From Candidatus Iainarchaeum sp. (GTDB lineage Archaea; Iainarchaeota; Iainarchaeia; Iainarchaeales; 0-14-0-20-30-16), in the NCBI GenBank assembly GCA_903916665.1, contig CAIWXP010000156.1, positions 1-5,545 of the forward strand: a stretch of DNA of 5,545 nucleotides. The letters run 5' to 3'. How positions within the stretch are numbered: the first letter of the stretch is position 1; each line of letters begins with the position of its first letter. The notes under the pieces are model-generated. The model saw only the letters and a program-made list of their open reading frames with translations, was not told where the DNA came from and made no database searches. Positions 3,901-5,545 of the stretch are shown piece by piece. The position numbers and the translations under genes are program-made.

Positions 3901-5537
3901 TTACAGGTACAAATGCAAATAATTGGTCTGAGGTAATAACAAACTATTTACAAAATGGAGATTTTGAAAATTATAATGATGGTAATTTTGATAATTGGAC
4001 ATTGATTAATAATGGGCCAGATAATAATGGTCAAGCATTATTTGGTGACAGATATACTAGTCCAAATCATTCTGCAGAATTGATTTCAACATCTGATTCT
4101 GGTGTTGGATTGATGAGTGATCCGGTTTCAATAAATCACGATGTTAACATGCATTACTATTGTAATTTTGTTGATATGGGTATGGGTTCAGCAGCTTGGA
4201 TAATTTTAGTTAATCAAGACATGAATATGATTTATAATGTTCAAAATAGTTCTTGGCAACCAATTGATATGCAAACACAACATCCTGATGAAAATACATC
4301 ATTATACTTTACTATTCCTAATAATGGTGGACAGTTTTCAATGTTATCAAATTATTTTTCCATCCCTATTGATCAAAATATTAAAATGCTGGTAGGAACA
4401 AATGGTCATTCTACTATTCATGTTGATGATTGTACAATAATGGATGTTGCAAATGAAAATAATAGGGGTCCAACAAATGATCAATTTCATTTTATAAATT
4501 TGAATAATAATTATCAAAATTATTCTTCTCCTGCTGTGACTGTTCCACCAAGCGGAAATCTAAGTTTAACATTAGCAAGTTTTTCTCCTGATATTTATTT
4601 AGATGATATTAACATGTCATTAAATGGCGAAGGAAATAATATTTTACAAAATGCAGGATTTGAGGATTGGAATGGTTCAAATCCAGTTGCTTGGAATACC
4701 TCTGATAATCAAAGTAATGGTGGAAACGATGGTGTAAATAATAGCACAAATTATTTATTAAATGGAAATTTTAATGATTATAGTTTTGATACAAATAGTT
4801 TTAATCATTGGGATTCAAAAACAGATTTTATGGGTTCAGGAACAGGAGCTAACTTTACAATGGAGCCAGATGGAAATGGAAGTCCAGGGCATGTGAGATT
4901 AAATTCATTTCCTGATAGTGGAATAACAATGGGCAGTGATCCTGTATATGATTTAGGTCCTCAACTACAATGGAATTATAGTTGTGATTCTTGGGCAAAT
5001 GGTGAAGAAAGGGTATCGGGTAGTTTCATGGCCATAGTTGCAAATGATGGAAATAAGATCTATGATTTTCAAGCACACACCTGGGATGATTGGAATCATG
5101 AACAAGGGTTTTATGGGAATGCGCGATATGAATTTATTAGTAGTGGAATACAAAGTGATCAATCAAGTTTTTCAATGGATTTTAATATAGGTAATAACAT
5201 AAATGGATTAATATTTATAGTTGGGTTGCAGCCTGATAATAGTACATATAAAAGTGTGTATTTTGATAACTGTTCAGTAACAGAATTAAATCAAAATAAT
5301 AACAATAATAATAACAACAATAATAATTCCAATGACTATAATTATTTGTTCAAGATAGAAAGTTCAAATGGAATTCATTTTATTGATCATGGGGGAGAAT
5401 TGATAGGCCCAACAATAGCTAAAGGAATTTATCCTAATTTTGGTGATTTAACCCTACCTTTAGGAATATTTATCCCTCAAAACACTCCCAATGGTACCTA
5501 TTTAGGTTATTTGTCAATAAACGCAGCTCCTGCATAA
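849..5537 (+). CDS. Giant secreted Asn-rich surface/adhesin-like protein with eight CBM4_9-like (galactose-binding-like jelly-roll) modules
   Basis: A 4.7-kb uninterrupted ORF in A+T-rich DNA, where stop codons are frequent by chance. It has an SD-like site upstream, an N-terminal signal peptide and strong internal protein-level periodicity with conserved motifs. The stop is TAA at 5535-5537. The domain-family assignment comes from remembered motif patterns, not from a search. Confidence 0.85.
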   Translation: MFFKKLIAFLFLLCFLITTVNQLSSIYAQDIPVTVYVGTEGPTIVSEQICYLGTCANYQTIDPGSQFTLKIHLTDINGYSDLNFNSAVLQLYLSTDTNNENVLNWDHIVLKPSNDTLHFNNRDGCIQTTDYYCFNFDSNYWTVKFDKGATKLFFKILDNEGNETVSELSYNEFSSGIYVNQFVNLHVDASSITYSGNPGSTVPANTNLDKNYLYLTNTGNVDLNFTAAQSDLNSGTNTILASNVFIRSNSNDNSVHSGNYALLLAGNNGLLDNTIVQPINGLTFGNLYNFSFYAKSNDDAKLDYLYINGFTENPKLWDFNSHSWTDMEPALKIYYESDFNSWVGNIPDGWEESSTDGSPIFQSISDPLKYHNAPFSLKITSGEPGQGGIIRRYISNMSTDTNYTLSYWARGENGGESTTLYLLNSDNNEIWFFTGDDANSWQSYLGGIPPSGALLTTSLSTNFQQITTTFISPSTSGGNVQVNIIGEVQNGFASVYIDDFELADMDRFPSGNQIKSYNLNDNYNQFSDVISAPENGIIIPLIANDRADTNMYVDNAFFGTFIPTASTNLIDNFGLENWSPIYMPDNWMSMIGAPYDPTRTTESFDGNYALKTNGSNTNLIMSSSIFANEVSGLKEDDNYIGSLYAKTSSNGNVVVAYLDGNDIWNFDTHSWVRQVNGEPPSSEIYTITGLSSSYGQKIIPYVTVAPVGQIMMIVGSNNDNVYIDNVNLQKDGSGDNILSNGNFENWSLTGNSLDGFNMLANNGNEIAQETNPNNVHSGSSAVRMYGPNDGPDILTYTKTGLTPGAEYNFSYWAKTDTNVNLGVVFVNGQFNSDDLNIFNKTTRQWEHFNSNDGPGVGMDSSLLDDNYKNYIVNFNVIVPPTGILTVAIFGSRDGNIYLDDLSLYSSNPSGNLGSNILQNADFEDWNSNVPLNWVMSNSDSDSSSSNTIQQTSPGNDSNSAIKLISSGQDNPAYISQDVTGLTPDSNYITNFYGRTDSNNSIAVVYMAFNGNHQYYWDFTGTNANNWSEVITNYLQNGDFENYNDGNFDNWTLINNGPDNNGQALFGDRYTSPNHSAELISTSDSGVGLMSDPVSINHDVNMHYYCNFVDMGMGSAAWIILVNQDMNMIYNVQNSSWQPIDMQTQHPDENTSLYFTIPNNGGQFSMLSNYFSIPIDQNIKMLVGTNGHSTIHVDDCTIMDVANENNRGPTNDQFHFINLNNNYQNYSSPAVTVPPSGNLSLTLASFSPDIYLDDINMSLNGEGNNILQNAGFEDWNGSNPVAWNTSDNQSNGGNDGVNNSTNYLLNGNFNDYSFDTNSFNHWDSKTDFMGSGTGANFTMEPDGNGSPGHVRLNSFPDSGITMGSDPVYDLGPQLQWNYSCDSWANGEERVSGSFMAIVANDGNKIYDFQAHTWDDWNHEQGFYGNARYEFISSGIQSDQSSFSMDFNIGNNINGLIFIVGLQPDNSTYKSVYFDNCSVTELNQNNNNNNNNNNNSNDYNYLFKIESSNGIHFIDHGGELIGPTIAKGIYPNFGDLTLPLGIFIPQNTPNGTYLGYLSINAAPA
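933..1364 (+). other. N-terminal beta-sandwich-like domain with two closely spaced Cys pairs
   Basis: aa 29-172. It shows alternating hydrophobic strand patterns (PVTVYVG, QFTLKIHLTD, AVLQLYL, HIVLKP, YWTVKFD, KLFFKILDNEGNETV), with Cys50/Cys55 (C-x4-C) and Cys125/Cys133 (C-x7-C). The fold class is inferred from the pattern only. Confidence 0.4.
1377..1607 (+). other. NTGN-motif strand region (possible N-terminal half of an Ig-like sandwich)
   Basis: aa 177-253: VNLHVDASSITYSG..NYLYLTNTGNVDLNFTAAQSDLNSGTNTILASNVFI. The x-N-T-G-N-x-D-L pattern followed by L-x-S-G-x-N-x-I is common in prokaryotic Ig-like surface domains. The expected closing P-x-G-x-Y-x-G strand appears only at the extreme C-terminus. 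Confidence 0.35.
1560..1841 (+). repeat. Module A, N-terminal half only (aa 238-331)
   Basis: It has the first five family motifs: a degenerate TILASNVF, then VHSGNYALLLAG, INGLTFGNLYNFSFYAKS, LDYLYING and LWDFNSHSW. It lacks the closing ..Y-x-D-D/N strand. Confidence 0.6.
1842..2360 (+). repeat. Module B, complete (aa 332-504), lying inside module A
   Basis: KIYYESDFNSWVGNIPDGW, FSLKITSG, TNYTLSYWARG, TTLYLLN, IWFFTGDDANSW, loop GGIPPSG, NFQQITTTFISPSTSG, VQVNIIG..SVYIDDFEL. Confidence 0.65.
2361..2525 (+). repeat. Module A, C-terminal half only (aa 505-559)
   Basis: It has only the last two family motifs: YNLNDNYNQFSDVISAPENG and IIIPLIAN..NMYVDNAFF. There is no N-I-L-x-N-x-x-F-E-x-W start. 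Confidence 0.6.
2550..3038 (+). repeat. Module C, complete and uninterrupted (aa 568-730)
   Basis: NLIDNFGLENWSPIYMPDNW, FDGNYALKTNG, VSGLKEDDNYIGSLYAKT, NVVVAYLDG, IWNFDTHSW, loop GEPPSSE, SSSYGQKIIPYVTVAPVG, IMMIVGSNNDNVYIDNVNL. Confidence 0.7.
3054..3560 (+). repeat. Module D, complete and uninterrupted (aa 736-904)
   Basis: NILSNGNFENWSLTGNSLDGF, VHSGSSAVRMYG, KTGLTPGAEYNFSYWAKT, LGVVFVNG, IFNKTTRQW, loop NDGPGVGMDSS, DDNYKNYIVNFNVIVPPTG, LTVAIFGSRDGNIYLDDLSL. Confidence 0.7.
3591..3941 (+). repeat. Module E, N-terminal half only (aa 915-1031)
   Basis: NILQNADFEDWNSNVPLNW, NSAIKLISSG, VTGLTPDSNYITNFYGRT, IAVVYMAFNG, YWDFTGTNANNW. It then runs directly (SEVIT|NYLQNG) into the start of the next module with no closing strand. 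Confidence 0.65.
3942..4445 (+). repeat. Module F, complete (aa 1032-1199), lying inside module E; Cys-containing subtype
   Basis: NYLQNGDFENYNDGNFDNW, NHSAELISTS, VNMHYYCNF, AAWIILVN, IYNVQNSSW, GGQFSMLSNYFSIPIDQN, IKMLVGTNGHSTIHVDDCTI. Cys1105 and Cys1195. Confidence 0.65.
4446..4622 (+). repeat. Module E, C-terminal half only (aa 1200-1258)
   Basis: FINLNNNYQNYSSPAVTVPPSG and NLSLTLASFSPDIYLDDINMSL, i.e. the last two family motifs only. Confidence 0.65.
4638..4748 (+). repeat. Module G-prime: orphan first strands of a module (aa 1264-1300)
   Basis: NILQNAGFEDWNGSNPVAW, then a short N/S/G-rich stretch, then the next module start. The DNA at 4638-4673 matches 3591-3626 (start of module E) at 33 of 36 positions by hand alignment. 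Confidence 0.55.
4749..5285 (+). repeat. Module H, complete (aa 1301-1479); Cys-containing subtype like F
   Basis: NYLLNGNFNDYSFDTNSFNHW, PGHVRLNSFP, LQWNYSCDSWANG, SGSFMAIVAN, IYDFQAHTW, SSFSMDFNIGNNING, LIFIVGLQPDNSTYKSVYFDNCSV. Cys1379 and Cys1475 sit at positions equivalent to the Cys pair of F. Confidence 0.65.
5295..5327 (+). repeat. Poly-Asn tract (11 consecutive Asn; imperfect AAT/AAC trinucleotide repeat)
   Basis: aat aat aac aat aat aat aac aac aat aat aat, lying between module H and the C-terminal tail. Confidence 0.95.
5328..5534 (+). other. C-terminal 69-aa tail with a P-N-G-T-Y-x-G closing-strand motif; no anchor
   Basis: SNDYNYLFKIESSNGIHFIDHGGELIGPTIAKGIYPNFGDLTLPLGIFIPQNTPNGTYLGYLSINAAPA. 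It has alternating-hydrophobic strands but no hydrophobic TM helix, and no LPXTG, PGF-CTERM or PEP-CTERM-like ending. Confidence 0.5.
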
Positions 5538-5545
5538 TATATTTA

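Noticed and set aside
4965-5162. 65-aa ORF on the minus strand
   Set aside because: Same reasoning: it is antisense within module H of the giant CDS, Ile/Pro/Thr-rich with no motif or start context. It is most likely a chance ORF.
5328-5534. T9SS-type C-terminal sorting domain (IYPNFGD resembles the YPNP motif; NGTYLGY resembles the G-x-Y strand)
   Set aside because: The two motifs are only about 20 aa apart, against roughly 40-50 in genuine Por secretion tails. The tail lacks the terminal basic/hydrophobic strand, and nothing else in the window suggests Bacteroidota.
849-5537. Abundance of N-x-S/T sequons (about 33 by hand count) as evidence for heavy N-glycosylation
   Set aside because: Asn is by far the most common residue and Ser/Thr are also abundant. 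A back-of-envelope expectation is at least as high as the observed count, so there is no demonstrable enrichment. Glycosylation remains possible, but the sequence does not argue for it.
1-5545. Eukaryotic (Dictyostelium/Plasmodium-like) origin suggested by the poly-Asn run and extreme AT-richness
   Set aside because: Several features argue for a prokaryote: two long intron-free ORFs 73 bp apart, a GGTGA Shine-Dalgarno, a Sec signal peptide and a single-domain KaiC homologue.
1-5545. tRNA/rRNA genes, CRISPR arrays, IS elements or terminal inverted repeats, alternative genetic code
   Set aside because: The non-coding sequence totals under 160 nt and contains no cloverleaf-capable or repeat-spacer structure. 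No transposase or integrase motifs are present. Both ORFs read through cleanly in the standard code.

Overview
This is a strongly A+T-rich window (exact GC not computed). Two same-strand (+) genes fill almost all of it, separated by a 73-bp spacer, which is prokaryote-style packing.

Gene 1 (74-775) is a 233-aa single-domain KaiC-like / RecA-superfamily P-loop ATPase. It aligns by eye along its whole length to the CI domain of cyanobacterial KaiC: Walker A GTPGAGKT, TFDE in place of TFEE, Walker B RLVIDSVT, and a C-terminal MKMRGTKH..PFSF..HGLRIF.

Gene 2 (849-5537) is a 1562-aa Asn-rich secreted protein. It has a Sec-type signal peptide and a Cys-containing beta-sandwich-like N-terminal region. 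Eight homologous modules follow (about 170 aa when complete), then an 11-Asn linker and a 69-aa tail. The modules' first strand (N-I/Y-L-x-N-G/A-x-F-E-D/N-W/Y) and last strand (V/I-Y-I/L-D-D/N-x-x-L) match the pattern I recall for CBM4_9 / galactose-binding-like jelly-roll carbohydrate-binding modules. No catalytic domain, TM anchor or known sorting signal is visible.

The most interesting observation is architectural. Twice (1560-2525 and 3591-4622) a complete module sits inside another module, splitting it at the same loop into an N-half and a C-half, i.e. domain-in-domain self-insertion. A third, degraded version of the same arrangement follows (4638-5285). The outermost flanks may themselves be two halves of one beta-sandwich.

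The KaiC-like gene, the T-tract after gene 1, a TATA-like (AT)7 box and a GGTGA Shine-Dalgarno suggest an AT-rich archaeon, possibly a small-genome DPANN-like lineage. That assignment is inference. No RNA genes, CRISPR arrays or mobile elements were seen.
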